Assembly: GCA_963776245.1 (NCBI GenBank) | Contig: CAVZLN010000004.1 | Coordinates: 224,001 to 288,000, forward strand | DNA from: Candidatus Eiseniibacteriota bacterium | Lineage (GTDB): Bacteria; Eisenbacteria; RBG-16-71-46 | Length of the DNA stretch: 64,000 nt | Direction: 5' to 3' | Shown here: positions 11,625-22,885 of the stretch, in pieces | Position numbering within the stretch: the first letter of the stretch is position 1 | Layout: the number at the start of each line of letters is the position of its first letter | Made by a program: the position numbers and the translations under genes | Notes under the pieces: generated by a model | What the model was told of the DNA's origin: nothing | Database searches by the model: none | What the model saw: the letters and a program-made list of their open reading frames with translations, nothing else

Positions 11625-11933
11625 GTGGGACGCGAGGCGCTGGGACTGGTCGAGACACGCGGCTGGGTGGCCGCCGTCGAAGCGGCGGACGCCATGTGCA
11701 AGGCCGCCCGGGTCCGCCTCGTGCGCTGCGAGATCGTCCGCGACGCCCTGGTCACCGTGCAGGTGCGCGGCGCCCTGGGGGAGGTCGAGGCCGCCGTCGC
11801 GGCGGGCTGGAATGCCGCGCGGCGAGTGGGCGAGCCTCTGGCCCGTCATGTCATCCCGGCTCCTGACCCGTCGCTCGAGGAGTCGATCGCAGGGCCGCCC
11901 GATCGGGCGGAGGATCCAACGCAGGCACCCTGA
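11625..11933 (+). CDS. BMC hexamer shell protein (BMC-H), divergent
   Basis: [24 protein letters not shown]...HVIPAP; GTG start inferred. Confidence 0.88.
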   Translation: MGREALGLVETRGWVAAVEAADAMCKAARVRLVRCEIVRDALVTVQVRGALGEVEAAVAAGWNAARRVGEPLARHVIPAPDPSLEESIAGPPDRAEDPTQAP

Positions 11934-11950
11934 CCACGGAGGAGCACCCC

Positions 11951-12250
11951 ATGCAGGAAGAAGCTCTTGGCCTGATCGAGACGCGCGGCTGGGTGGCGAT
12001 GGTGGAGGCCTCCGACGCCATGGTGAAGGCGGCCCGTGTGCAGCTGGTGCACTACGAGAAGATCGGCGGCGGCTACGTGACCGCGATCGTGCGCGGCGAC
12101 GTCGCGGCGGTGCGCGCGGCCACCGAGGCCGGAGCGGCCGCGGCGGCCAAGGTGGGCGAGGTGGTGTCGGTGCACGTCATCCCGCGTCCGCACGGCCAGC
12201 TCGAGGAGGTGCTCCCGATCCGCCGTCCCGAGCCGTCGGGCAAGAAGTAG
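11951..12250 (+). CDS. BMC hexamer shell protein (EutM/PduA/CcmK-like)
   Basis: ALGLIETRG...DAMVKAA...EKIGGGYV...RGDVAAV...VHVIPRPH. Confidence 0.96.
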   Translation: MQEEALGLIETRGWVAMVEASDAMVKAARVQLVHYEKIGGGYVTAIVRGDVAAVRAATEAGAAAAAKVGEVVSVHVIPRPHGQLEEVLPIRRPEPSGKK

Positions 12251-12252
12251 CC

Positions 12253-12570
12253 GTGATCCTCGCGCAGGTCATCGGCACGGTGGTGTCGACGCGCAAGGAC
12301 GCCGGCCTGCTCGGCCTCAAGCTCCTGCTCGTGCGCGAGGTGGACGCGGCGTTCAAGCCGGCCGGGACGTTCGTGGTCGCGGCCGACGCGGTCGGGGCCG
12401 GCGCCGGCGAGCTGGTGATGGTCGCCCAGGGCTCCTCGGCGCGCCTGACCGAGGTCTCGCGCGAGAAACCGGTGGACGCCGTGATCTGCGGGATCGTCGA
12501 CTCGGTCGAATCGGGCGGTCACGACATCTACCTCAAGCACGCGCCCGGGCATCGCCCGGCGTCGGCGTAA
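12253..12570 (+). CDS. BMC pentamer (EutN/CcmL) 1
   Basis: VIGTVVSTRK...LKLLLV...DAVGAGAGE...GSSAR...PVDAVICGIVD. Confidence 0.93.
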   Translation: MILAQVIGTVVSTRKDAGLLGLKLLLVREVDAAFKPAGTFVVAADAVGAGAGELVMVAQGSSARLTEVSREKPVDAVICGIVDSVESGGHDIYLKHAPGHRPASA

Positions 12571-12585
12571 GCACCGGCCGCCGCC

Positions 12586-14002
12586 ATGGCGATCGACGAG
12601 AAGCGCATCGAGTCCATCGTCTCCGAGGTGCTGGAGCGCCTCGAGGCCGGACCGGGCGCCGCCCGGGGGGCCGCGCCGCTCGGCGTGCATCCCGATCTCG
12701 ACACCGCGGTGGCCGCGGCGCGCCAGGCGTTCGCGGTCTTCGACCGGACGCCGCTCGCGACGCGCTACCGCATCGTCACCGCGGTCCGCGAGACCATGCT
12801 CGCGAACCTCCGCGTCCTCGCGGAGATCGCGGTGCGGGAGACCGGGCTCGGACGGGTCGACGACAAGATCCTCAAGAACCGGCTGGTCGCCGAGAAGACC
12901 CCCGGCATCGAGGACCTCGAACCGGTCACCTGGACCGGCGACCACGGCCTGACGCTCGCGGAGCGCGCCCCGTACGGCGTGATCGCGGTGATCACCCCGG
13001 TCACCAACCCGACCGAGACCATCATCAACAACGGCATCTCGATGGTCGCGGGCGGCAACGTGGCGGTGTTCTGCCCGCACCCCAGCGCGCGCCAGGTCTC
13101 GACGCTCACGATCGACCTGTTCAACCGCGCGGCGATGCGGTCCGGGTCGCCGATGCCGCTCCTGCACTCGGTCGCGGAGCCGACCATCGAGGTGGCCCAG
13201 ACGCTCCTGCACTACCCGGGCATCCGCCTCAACGTGGTCACCGGCGGTCCGGGGGTGGTCCGGGAGGCGATGGCCGCGGGCAAGAAGGCGATCACCGCCG
13301 GGCCCGGCAATCCGCCCACCGTGGTGGACGAGACCGCCGACCTCGAGCGGGCGGCGCGCGACCTCGTCATGGGCGCCTCGCTCGACAACAACATCATCTG
13401 CACCGACGAGAAGGAGGTCATCGCGGTCGCGCTGATCGCCGACCGTCTCAAGGAGGCGTTCGCGCGCAGCGGCGCGATCGTGCTCCAGCCGCACCAGACC
13501 GAGCGGCTGCGCGCGCTGGTGCTCGAGAAGGAGCAGGGCCCGCGCAAGCACGCGGCCATCAAGCGCAGGTTCGTGGGCCGCAACATCGACGTGATCCTCG
13601 CCGAGGCGGGGATCCCGTGCGACCCGTCCAAGCGCATCGCGCTGTGCGAGGTGGACGCGCGACCATCCGTTCCTGTGGACCGAGATGATGATGCCGATCC
13701 TGCCGCTCGTGCGCGTGCGCACCGTGGACGATGCCATCGACTTCGCGATCGAGGTCGAGCACGGCTACCGCCACACCGCCTCGATGCACTCCCGCAACAT
13801 CGACAAGCTCTCGAAGATGGCGCGCCTCTGCGACTGCTCCATCTTCGTCAAGAACGGCCCGAACGCCGCCGGCCTCGGGTACGGCGGCGAGGGCCCCACG
13901 TCGTTCACCATCGCGAGCCCGACCGGCGAAGGCATGACGACGGCGCGCAGCTTCACGCGTCTGCGGCGGTGCACCCTGGTGGACGCGTTCCGGATCGTGT
14001 GA
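12586..14002 (+). CDS. CoA-acylating aldehyde dehydrogenase (EutE/PduP-like) with N-terminal encapsulation peptide; frameshift near 13660
   Basis: ETGLGRVDDK, TPVTNP, TGGPGVV, AGPGNPP, DNNIICTDEKE (catalytic Cys); C-terminus HTASMHS...FTIASPTGEG in the next frame; N-terminal IESIVSEVLERL amphipathic helix. Confidence 0.92.
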
Positions 14003-14550
14003 TGCACGTCGCCATCGCCGCCATCGAGACCAGCAGCATCGCCCAGGGCGCGGTCGTCGGCGACGCCATGGTGAAGACCGCCGAGGTGGACCTGCTCGAG
14101 GCCGCGATGCTGTCGCCCGGCAAGTACTGGGTGCTGATCGGCGGCGAGGTCGCCACGGTGCGCGCCGCCTACCGGCGCGGGCTCGAGGTCGCGGCCGAGA
14201 CGCTGCTCGACTCGCTGTTCATCCCGCAGCTGCACGAGATGGTGGTGCCGGCGCTGCGCGGGGTCGCCCCGCACGCGGACCACGACGCGCTCGGCGTGCT
14301 CGAGACCATGACCGCGGCCGCCGCCATCGTCGCCGCCGACCGGGCGGCCAAGGCCGCGAACGTGCTGCTGCGCGACATCCGGCTCGCCAACGGCCTCGGC
14401 GGCAAGGGCGTGGTGCTGCTCACCGGCACCGTGGGCGACGTCCAGGCGGCGATCGAGAGCGGGCGGTCCGAGGCGCTCCAGAAGGGGCTGCTGGCGCGCT
14501 CGGTGGTGGTGCCGCGGCTGGCGGCGCAGATGAAGGCGAAGGTGTTCTGA
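14002..14550 (+). CDS. BMC tandem-domain shell protein (PduT-like BMC-T)
   Basis: Two BMC domains: IETSSIAQG...DAMVK...PGKY and ALGVLET...ADRAAK...GLGGKG. Confidence 0.88.
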   Translation: MHVAIAAIETSSIAQGAVVGDAMVKTAEVDLLEAAMLSPGKYWVLIGGEVATVRAAYRRGLEVAAETLLDSLFIPQLHEMVVPALRGVAPHADHDALGVLETMTAAAAIVAADRAAKAANVLLRDIRLANGLGGKGVVLLTGTVGDVQAAIESGRSEALQKGLLARSVVVPRLAAQMKAKVF

Positions 14551-14840
14551 TGCTGTTCGCGCGCGTCCTCGGCACGGTGGTGTGCACCGAGCGCGTGCCG
14601 TCGTTCCGGGGCCAGCGCCTGCTGCTGATCGAGCCGACCGACCCGGCGGGTGCCGCCCAGGGCGCGCGGCCGCTGGTGGCGATCGACCTGGTGTCGGCCG
14701 CGCCGGGCCAGCGCGTGTTCTACGTGCGCGGCCGCGAGGCGGCGAACGCGCTGCCCGACGCCGACAACCCCGCCGACGCCGCCATCGTCGGCATCGTGGA
14801 CCATGCCACGCACGACCCGGCCGCCGCGGGAGAGCGCTGA
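14550..14840 (+). CDS. BMC pentamer (EutN/CcmL) 2
   Basis: MLFARVLGTVVCT...GREAANA...DAAIVGIVD. Confidence 0.9.
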   Translation: MLFARVLGTVVCTERVPSFRGQRLLLIEPTDPAGAAQGARPLVAIDLVSAAPGQRVFYVRGREAANALPDADNPADAAIVGIVDHATHDPAAAGER

Positions 14841-15133
14841 TGTTCCTGGCCCGCGTCGTGGGCGAGGTGGTGGCGACGGTCAAGCACCCGCGCGCTCGCC
14901 GGCCAGAAGCTGATGCTGGTGCAGCCCGTCGACCCGGCGGGGAAGGCGGCGGCAGGCTCCAGATCGCGGTGGACACGGTGGAGGCCGGTACCGGGGACCA
15001 CGTGCTGGTGGCCGACGAGGGCAACAGCGCGGCGCAGGTGCTGCGACGACCGCGCGGCCCGATCCGCACCGTGATCGTGGGGATCGTGGACGAGGTGGAC
15101 GTGCCGGGCGAGCCGGAGGGTGCCCCCGATTGA
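14840..15133 (+). CDS. BMC pentamer (EutN/CcmL) 3, compensating indels ~14890-14955
   Basis: MFLARVVGEVVATVKHP...AVDTVEAGTGD...EGNSAAQ...IVGIVD; middle part (GQKLMLVQP) reads in a shifted frame. Confidence 0.88.
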   Translation: MFLARVVGEVVATVKHPRARRPEADAGAARRPGGEGGGRLQIAVDTVEAGTGDHVLVADEGNSAAQVLRRPRGPIRTVIVGIVDEVDVPGEPEGAPD

Positions 15134-15189
15134 GCGGTGCCGCGGACGCGGCCCGTGGTACATTGGCGTGCGATGGGAGGGTGCATCGA

Positions 15190-15401
15190 GTGCCGCTGTT
15201 CGAGTACCGTTGCACGGCCTGCGGTGAGGACTTCGAGGACGCTCGTCGCACGGGCTGACGCTCCCGCCGCCGCGCTGTCCGCGGTGTGGCGCGGCGAGCG
15301 TTCAACGGCGCATCTCCGCGTTCGCGGTGACGGGCGGGGGCACGACCTCCGCGCCCGGGCCCTGTGGATCGCGAGACTGCGCGTGCCGTCGTCCGGAGTG
15401 A
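15190..15401 (+). CDS. FmdB-family zinc-ribbon protein (frameshifted; absent from ORF track)
   Basis: GGGAGG RBS, GTG start giving MPLFEYRCTACGEDFE; after indels CPRCG and SAFAV...CGSRDCAC. Confidence 0.75.
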
Positions 15402-15431
15402 GGAAGGGCACCACAGACAGGAGGTCGGGGC

Positions 15432-15740
15432 ATGACCAAGGCCGACCTGGTGGAGGAGATCGCCACGCAGACCGGCGTCTCGAGGAATCACACGGCGATC
15501 ATCGTGGACGGGCTGCTCGACGCGATCTGTCGCGCGCTGAGCGACGGCAAGCATCTCGAGATCCGCGGATTCGGCACGTTCAAGGTGCGTGAGCGGCGGG
15601 CGCGGCGGGCGCGCAACCCGCGCAGCGGGACGGAAGTGCTGGTCCCGGCCAAGATCGTCCCGGTGTTCAAGCCGAGCAAGGAGCTCAAGGCCCAGGTGCT
15701 CGAGGCGACGGAAGTCCCCGAGCCCAGACGCGTGGCCTGA
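15432..15740 (+). CDS. HU/IHF family DNA-binding protein
   Basis: MTKADLV...EIRGFGTFKVRERRARRARNPRSG...PVFKPSKELK. Confidence 0.95.
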   Translation: MTKADLVEEIATQTGVSRNHTAIIVDGLLDAICRALSDGKHLEIRGFGTFKVRERRARRARNPRSGTEVLVPAKIVPVFKPSKELKAQVLEATEVPEPRRVA

Positions 15741-15771
15741 GCCGAGCCGCGTCCCCACACGAGGAGAAGGA

Positions 15772-15867
15772 ATGGGTTCTGGAAAGAAGCGGAAGCGCAA
15801 GAAGATCGCCACGCACAAGCGGAAGAAGCGCCTGCGGAAGAACCGCCATAAGAAGCGCATCCGCTAG
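15772..15867 (+). CDS. 31-aa basic peptide, bS22/AURKAIP1-COX24(mS38)-like ribosomal protein
   Basis: GAGGAGAAGG RBS; MGSGKKRKRKKIATHKRKKRLRKNRHKKRIR. Confidence 0.8.
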   Translation: MGSGKKRKRKKIATHKRKKRLRKNRHKKRIR

Positions 15868-15903
15868 TCCTCGTCGGTGCCCGCCGACGACGCTCCGCGA
15901 CTC

Positions 15904-15933
15904 ATCGGCCGCGCGGTCCTTGCGCGCGGCCGA
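15904..15933 (+). terminator. GC-rich inverted repeat after bS22-like gene
   Basis: ATCGGCCGCGCG...CGCGCGGCCGAT 12-bp arms; no U-tract. Confidence 0.35.
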
Positions 15934-17612
15934 TGGATGTTCGACCCCTCCCGCCGCTGGCGCGGGGGGGCGCCGCGAGCTGATATGGACGGGCCGCCAT
16001 GCCCCCGAGGACGGGGACTTCTGCATCGCCGAGGTCCCTGACGACGGGCCGGCCGAGCTGGTCGAGGTGCTCGGCGCCGACGACCGGCCGGCCTGGGACG
16101 ATGACGCGGTGGCGTCCCAGTTCCGCCTGCGCCGACGTTTCCCGCGCGCCGCCCAGGCCGAGGCCGAGGGGCACCACGAGCCGGGGGCGCACGAGCGCCG
16201 CGGCCGGCTCGACCTGCGCGAGCAGCTGGTGTTCACCATCGACCCCGAGGACGCCCGCGACCACGACGACGCGCTCTCGGTGCGCGACCTGGGGCACGGG
16301 CGCACGAGGTCGGCATCCACATCGCCGACGTCTCGCACTACGTCGCGTCCCGGTTCGGCGCTCGACGCCGAGGCGCCGCTGCGCGGCACGTCGTGCTACC
16401 TGCCGGGCGGGGTGGTGCCGATGCTGCCGGAGCGGCTGTCGGGCGACCTGTGCTCGCTGCGGCCCGACCACGACCGGCTGGCGCTCTCGGTGATCGCCGA
16501 GCTCGACGCGGCCGGCGGACTGCACGGTTACCGCTTCGCGGAGACCGTGATCCGCAGCCGTCATCGCCTGCACTACGGGCAGGTCCAGCAGGCCCTCGAC
16601 GGCGCCCGCGACCTTCCCAGCGCCGTCCTCGACGCGCTCGCGACCCTGATCGGGCTCGCCCGGGCCCTGCGCGACCGCCGGCTGGAGGCCGGCGCGCTGG
16701 CGCTCGACGTGCCCGAGGTGAAGGCGTGGGTGGACGAACACGGGAACACGCTGCGCATCGAGCGCCGTCCGCACCTCGAGAGCCACGAGCTGATCGAGGA
16801 GTTCATGCTGCTCGCCAATCGCTGCGTCGGCGAGGAGGGCGCGCGGCGCGGCGGCGGTCTGCTCTATCGCGTCCACGAGCCGCCGGGCGCCGCGCAAGCT
16901 CGCGGAGCTCGACGCCATGCTCCGCACCCTCGGGCTGCCGCGGCCCGGGGTGGTCGACGACCCGGCGCGCGCGCTCCAGGCGCTGCTCGCCGTGTCGCTG
17001 GACGAGGCCCATCGCCGCCTGGTGCACCGCCTGGTGCTGCGCTCGCTCTCGCGCGCCCGCTACCTCGAGACCGACCGGGTGCATTTCGGCCTCGCGACGC
17101 GCGAGTACTGTCACTTCACCTCGCCCATCCGGCGGTACCCCGACCTGCACAACCACCGGCGCGTGCGCGAGTGGATCCAGGGACGGCGGAACGACGCCTG
17201 GGACCCGCTCGAGCTCGCCGCGCTCGCGGCCGGATGCAGCGGCACCGAGCAGGTCGCCACCGATGCCGAGCGCGAGGCGGTCCGGGTCAAGGGGCTGCGC
17301 CATCTCGAGACGAGACTCGGGGAGCGCGCTTCGGGTATCATCTCCGGGTTCGTCGCCATGGGGTTCTTCGTCGAACTCGAGGACGTGCCGGTCGAAGGTT
17401 TCGTGCGGCCGTCGACGTGGCTCGACGATCGATTCGATCTCGATGCATCGGGTGTGCGCATGGTGGGCCGTCGCTCACGTCGCCGCTTCACGCTCGGCGA
17501 CCAGGTGGTGGTGGTCATCGCCCGGGTGGACGTGCCGGCGCGCGAGTGCGACCTCGCGCTGGAGGAACCGCAGCGGCGGCATCGCCGCCGTCGCCACGGG
17601 AGGGGTGGATGA
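15920..17612 (+). CDS. rnr: Ribonuclease R/II family exoribonuclease (frameshifted; start uncertain)
   Basis: FTIDPEDARDHDDALS, HIADVSHYV (shifted frame), LIEEFMLLAN, HFTSPIRRYPDL, C-terminal S1 domain. Confidence 0.85.
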
Positions 17613-18112
17613 CACAGAAGAAGGCGGCGCGGCGCTCCGAGCGCCGGCGCGCTCCGCGCGCCGACGCACGGCTCAGCATGCGGGTGGATCATTCGCTGAG
17701 CGATGCCGCCCAGATCGTCACCGAGAGCCAGAACATCTCGGCGAGCGGGATCTACTGCCAGTGCAGCGAGTACTTCGCGCCAGCGTCCAAGGTCGCCCTC
17801 ACGATCGTGCTTCCCAAACTGCCGGGCACCCGCGCCGCGAAGGAGCTCATCAAGGTCGAGGGCATCGTGGTGCGCTGCGAGCAGTCGAGCGTGCGCAAGA
17901 CGGAGCGCCACTACGAGCTCGCGTGCATGTTCTGCGAGCTCGACGAGAAGCTGCGGCGGCGTCTCGAGGACTTCGTGACGTGGCGCAACCTGCAGTCCCT
18001 GCGTGCCGCTGCCGGCGCGATCGCGGCCCCGCGCCGCCCGGCCCGCAAGCGCACGCCCACCGCCGGCACGCGCGCGGCCAAGACCGCGACGCGCCGCCGC
18101 ACGGTGCACTGA
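17609..18112 (+). CDS. PilZ domain protein
   Basis: ERRRAPR (RxxxR) and NISASG (D/NxSxxG) c-di-GMP motifs. Confidence 0.8.
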   Translation: MTQKKAARRSERRRAPRADARLSMRVDHSLSDAAQIVTESQNISASGIYCQCSEYFAPASKVALTIVLPKLPGTRAAKELIKVEGIVVRCEQSSVRKTERHYELACMFCELDEKLRRRLEDFVTWRNLQSLRAAAGAIAAPRRPARKRTPTAGTRAAKTATRRRTVH

Positions 18113-18191
18113 TCCCGCCGTGTCGCGCGTCGTCGCGGGCCGGCCGGCACCGGCGGCTCGCGACGGAGCGCCACGTCTCCGGTTCCCGCGC

Positions 18192-19535
18192 ATGAACGTC
18201 CCGCAGCCCCTCGTGGTGTCGCCCGGGCCTCCGCTGGCCGGGGAGTTCACCCCGCCGGGGGACAAGTCCATCACGCACCGCGCCATCCTGTTCGGCCTGC
18301 TGGCCGATGGCGAGACCGTGATCGACGGCCCCAATCCGGGCGCGGACTGCCTCTCGAGTCTGGCGTGCGCGGAGGCCCTCGGCGCGATCCCGCGCGTCGA
18401 ACCCGGACGGTTCACCGTGCGCGGCGGCGCCGGCGCGCTGCGCGAGCCCGCGGGGGTGCTCGACTGCGGGAACTCGGGGACCACGCTGCGCCTGCTCGCG
18501 GGCATGATCGCGAGCCAGCCGCTGTTCGCGGTGCTGGCGGGCGACGGATCGCTGAACCGACGGCCGGTCGCGCGGGTGGTGGATCCGCTGCGCCGCATGG
18601 GCGCCACGCTCACCGCGCGCGGTGGCGATCGGCTCCCGCCGCTCGCGATCCGCGGGGGCGCGCTCGCGCCCATCCAGATCGACCTCGCGGTGGCCAGCGC
18701 GCAGGTCGCGACCTGCCTGCTGCTGGCCGGGCTCTCGACCCGCGGCACCACATCGGTCGCGCTGCCGGGGCCGGCGCGCGACCACACCGAGCGCATGCTG
18801 CCCGCGTTCGGCGTGCCGGTCGAGAGCACGCCGAACCCGGGCGCGGGGCCGCGGCTCGCGGTGCGCGGGCCGGTGGTCCCGCGCGCGACGCGACTGCGGG
18901 TGCCGGGCGACTTCTCCGCCGCCGCGTTCTTCCTCGCCGCCGCCGCGGGCACGCCCGGCGCGCGGGTGACCGCGCGCGGCGTGAGCCTCAATCCCACGCG
19001 CACCGGACTGCTCGACGTGCTCGCGGCGATGGGGGCGCGGGTGGACATCGTGGCGCAGGGCGAGCAGGCGGGCGAGCCGGTGGGGGACATCACGATCGTG
19101 GGACCCGACGCGCTGCGCGCGTTCGACGTGCCGGCCGGATGGGTGCCGCGGCTCATCGACGAGGTCCCGGCGTGGGCGGTGGCCGCGAGCGCGGCACGTG
19201 GCGTGTCCCGTCTGGAGGGCGCGGCCGAACTGCGCGTCAAGGAGTCCGACCGCCTCGCGGCGCTGGCGCGCGGCCTCGAGGGTCTCGGCGTGCGATGCAC
19301 CGAACATCCCGAGGGGCTCGCGATCGAGGGCGGGCCGGTCGCGGGTGGCACGGTCGACGCGCTCGGCGATCACCGCATCGCGATGGCCTTCGCGGTCCTC
19401 GCCAGTCGCGCCACCGGCCCGGTCACGATCGACGACGCGGCGTGCATCTCCACCTCGTATCCCGGCTTCGGTGTCACCTTCGTGGGACTCGGCGGGCGTG
19501 TGCGCTGGACGGGCCTGGACCGGACGTCGGGATGA
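18192..19535 (+). CDS. aroA: 3-phosphoshikimate 1-carboxyvinyltransferase
   Basis: PGDKSITHRA, CGNSGTT, SAQV, RDHTERML, ELRVKESDR, DHRIAM. Confidence 0.96.
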   Translation: MNVPQPLVVSPGPPLAGEFTPPGDKSITHRAILFGLLADGETVIDGPNPGADCLSSLACAEALGAIPRVEPGRFTVRGGAGALREPAGVLDCGNSGTTLRLLAGMIASQPLFAVLAGDGSLNRRPVARVVDPLRRMGATLTARGGDRLPPLAIRGGALAPIQIDLAVASAQVATCLLLAGLSTRGTTSVALPGPARDHTERMLPAFGVPVESTPNPGAGPRLAVRGPVVPRATRLRVPGDFSAAAFFLAAAAGTPGARVTARGVSLNPTRTGLLDVLAAMGARVDIVAQGEQAGEPVGDITIVGPDALRAFDVPAGWVPRLIDEVPAWAVAASAARGVSRLEGAAELRVKESDRLAALARGLEGLGVRCTEHPEGLAIEGGPVAGGTVDALGDHRIAMAFAVLASRATGPVTIDDAACISTSYPGFGVTFVGLGGRVRWTGLDRTSG

Positions 19536-20296
19536 GATTCGTCGTGACCATCGACGGCCCCGCCGGGGCCGGCAAGAGCACCACGGCGCGCGCGGCGGCC
19601 GCCCGGCTCGGATTCCTCTACGTGGACACGGGCGCGCTCTACCGGGCGCTGGCGCTCAAGGCGCTCGATCAGGGCATCCGCGCGGACGACTCGGCAGGGC
19701 TCGAGCGGCTGCTGGACGGGTCGCGCCTCGATCTGGCGGGGGCCCCCGACGCGACCCACGTGTGGCTCGACGGCGAGGACGTGTCCGCGCGCATCCGCAC
19801 CCCCGAGGTGAGCGAGATGTCATCCCGGCTCGCCGCACGCCCCGAGGTGCGTCATCGGCTGGTCGCGGTGCAGCGCGCGCTCCAGGAGCGCGGACCGCTG
19901 GTGGGCGAGGGGCGCGACCTCGGCACGGTGGTGTTCCCGGACGCCGAGGTGAAGATCTACCTCGACGCCACCGTGGACGAGCGCGCCCGGCGGCGCCACC
20001 GCGAGCTGCTGGCCCGCGGCATCGCGGTCACCCTCGAGCAAGTGCGCGAGGAGCTCGACCAGCGGGACGGCCGCGACCGCGGCCGGGCCGACAGCCCCCT
20101 GCGCGCGGCCGCGGGCTCGGTCGCCATCGACACCACCGGCATGGACATCGCGGCCCAGGTGGAAGCGGTGCTGGAGGTCGTCCGGCGGCACCCGCTGTGG
20201 GGGGGCCTGGGCGGGCCGGCGGGCCCAGGCGCGCTCCCCGGGCGCCCCGAGGACCCCGGGGCGGAGCGTCCCGGGGGGCCCTTGGAGATTCCATGA
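19532..20296 (+). CDS. cmk: Cytidylate kinase
   Basis: IDGPAGAGKST, DTGALYR, EGRDLGTVVFPDA. Confidence 0.96.
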   Translation: MRFVVTIDGPAGAGKSTTARAAAARLGFLYVDTGALYRALALKALDQGIRADDSAGLERLLDGSRLDLAGAPDATHVWLDGEDVSARIRTPEVSEMSSRLAARPEVRHRLVAVQRALQERGPLVGEGRDLGTVVFPDAEVKIYLDATVDERARRRHRELLARGIAVTLEQVREELDQRDGRDRGRADSPLRAAAGSVAIDTTGMDIAAQVEAVLEVVRRHPLWGGLGGPAGPGALPGRPEDPGAERPGGPLEIP

Positions 20297-20958
20297 GCCT
20301 GCACTATAGTGCGTCCCGGCTTGTCCTGGGTGCCGTGTTCCGAGTGCTCACGGGATGGAGGATCGTCGGTCGCGAGCAGGTGCCGCGGACCGGGGGCCTC
20401 ATCGTGGCGTCGAACCACGTGTCGTACTGGGACCCTCCGCTCATCGGGGCCGCGCTGCCGCGCGAGATCAGTTTCCTGGCGAAGGAAGAGCTGTTCCGGA
20501 CCCCGCTCCTGGGAGCGGTGATCCGAGCGTACAACGCCATCCCGATCCGGCGCGGCGTCGCCGACCTGTCGGGGATGGCGAGGGCGATCGAGGTCTTGAA
20601 GCAGGGCGGTGCCCTGCTGATGTTCCCCGAGGGGACCCGGAGGCGCGACGGGGATCTGCATCCCGCGCGGCCGGGAGTGGGGATGCTCGCGGTGAATGCC
20701 GAAGTGCCCATCCTGCCGGTCTTCATCGCCGGCAGCGGGCATCCCGGGAAGTGGCTGTACCGGGGCTCGCGCGTGCGCCTGTCGTTCGGCGCTCCGCGGT
20801 CCTGGCAGGACCTGGCCGGTCCGGACGTGGATCCCGTGCCCGGACGCGCCCTCTACCAGCGGGTGGGGGAAGGCGTCATGCGCGAGCTCGCGGCCCTGCA
20901 GGCGGGTCCTTCGACATCGGCTTCAGCGGGGCGGTCACAGCCGCTCCCACATTCATAG
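20293..20958 (+). CDS. plsC: 1-acyl-sn-glycerol-3-phosphate acyltransferase
   Basis: NHVSYWD (HX4D), FLAKEELF, FPEGTR. Confidence 0.93.
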   Translation: MSLHYSASRLVLGAVFRVLTGWRIVGREQVPRTGGLIVASNHVSYWDPPLIGAALPREISFLAKEELFRTPLLGAVIRAYNAIPIRRGVADLSGMARAIEVLKQGGALLMFPEGTRRRDGDLHPARPGVGMLAVNAEVPILPVFIAGSGHPGKWLYRGSRVRLSFGAPRSWQDLAGPDVDPVPGRALYQRVGEGVMRELAALQAGPSTSASAGRSQPLPHS

Positions 20959-20980
20959 TTGACGAGGAGGCTGCACCCAC

Positions 20981-22789
<1,809 letters not shown>

Positions 22790-22820
22790 CGCCCGGACGT
22801 CGCCGGGCGGCAGGATCGAG

Positions 22821-22848
22821 ACGGGCGGTCCCGCGCGGGACCGCCCGT
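22821..22848 (+). terminator. Terminator-like hairpin after rpsA
   Basis: ACGGGCGGTCCC-GCGC-GGGACCGCCCGT perfect inverted repeat. Confidence 0.6.
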
Positions 22849-22885
22849 TGTCGCGCGAGGCCCGGCGCCGTATGCTCCGCGCTCC

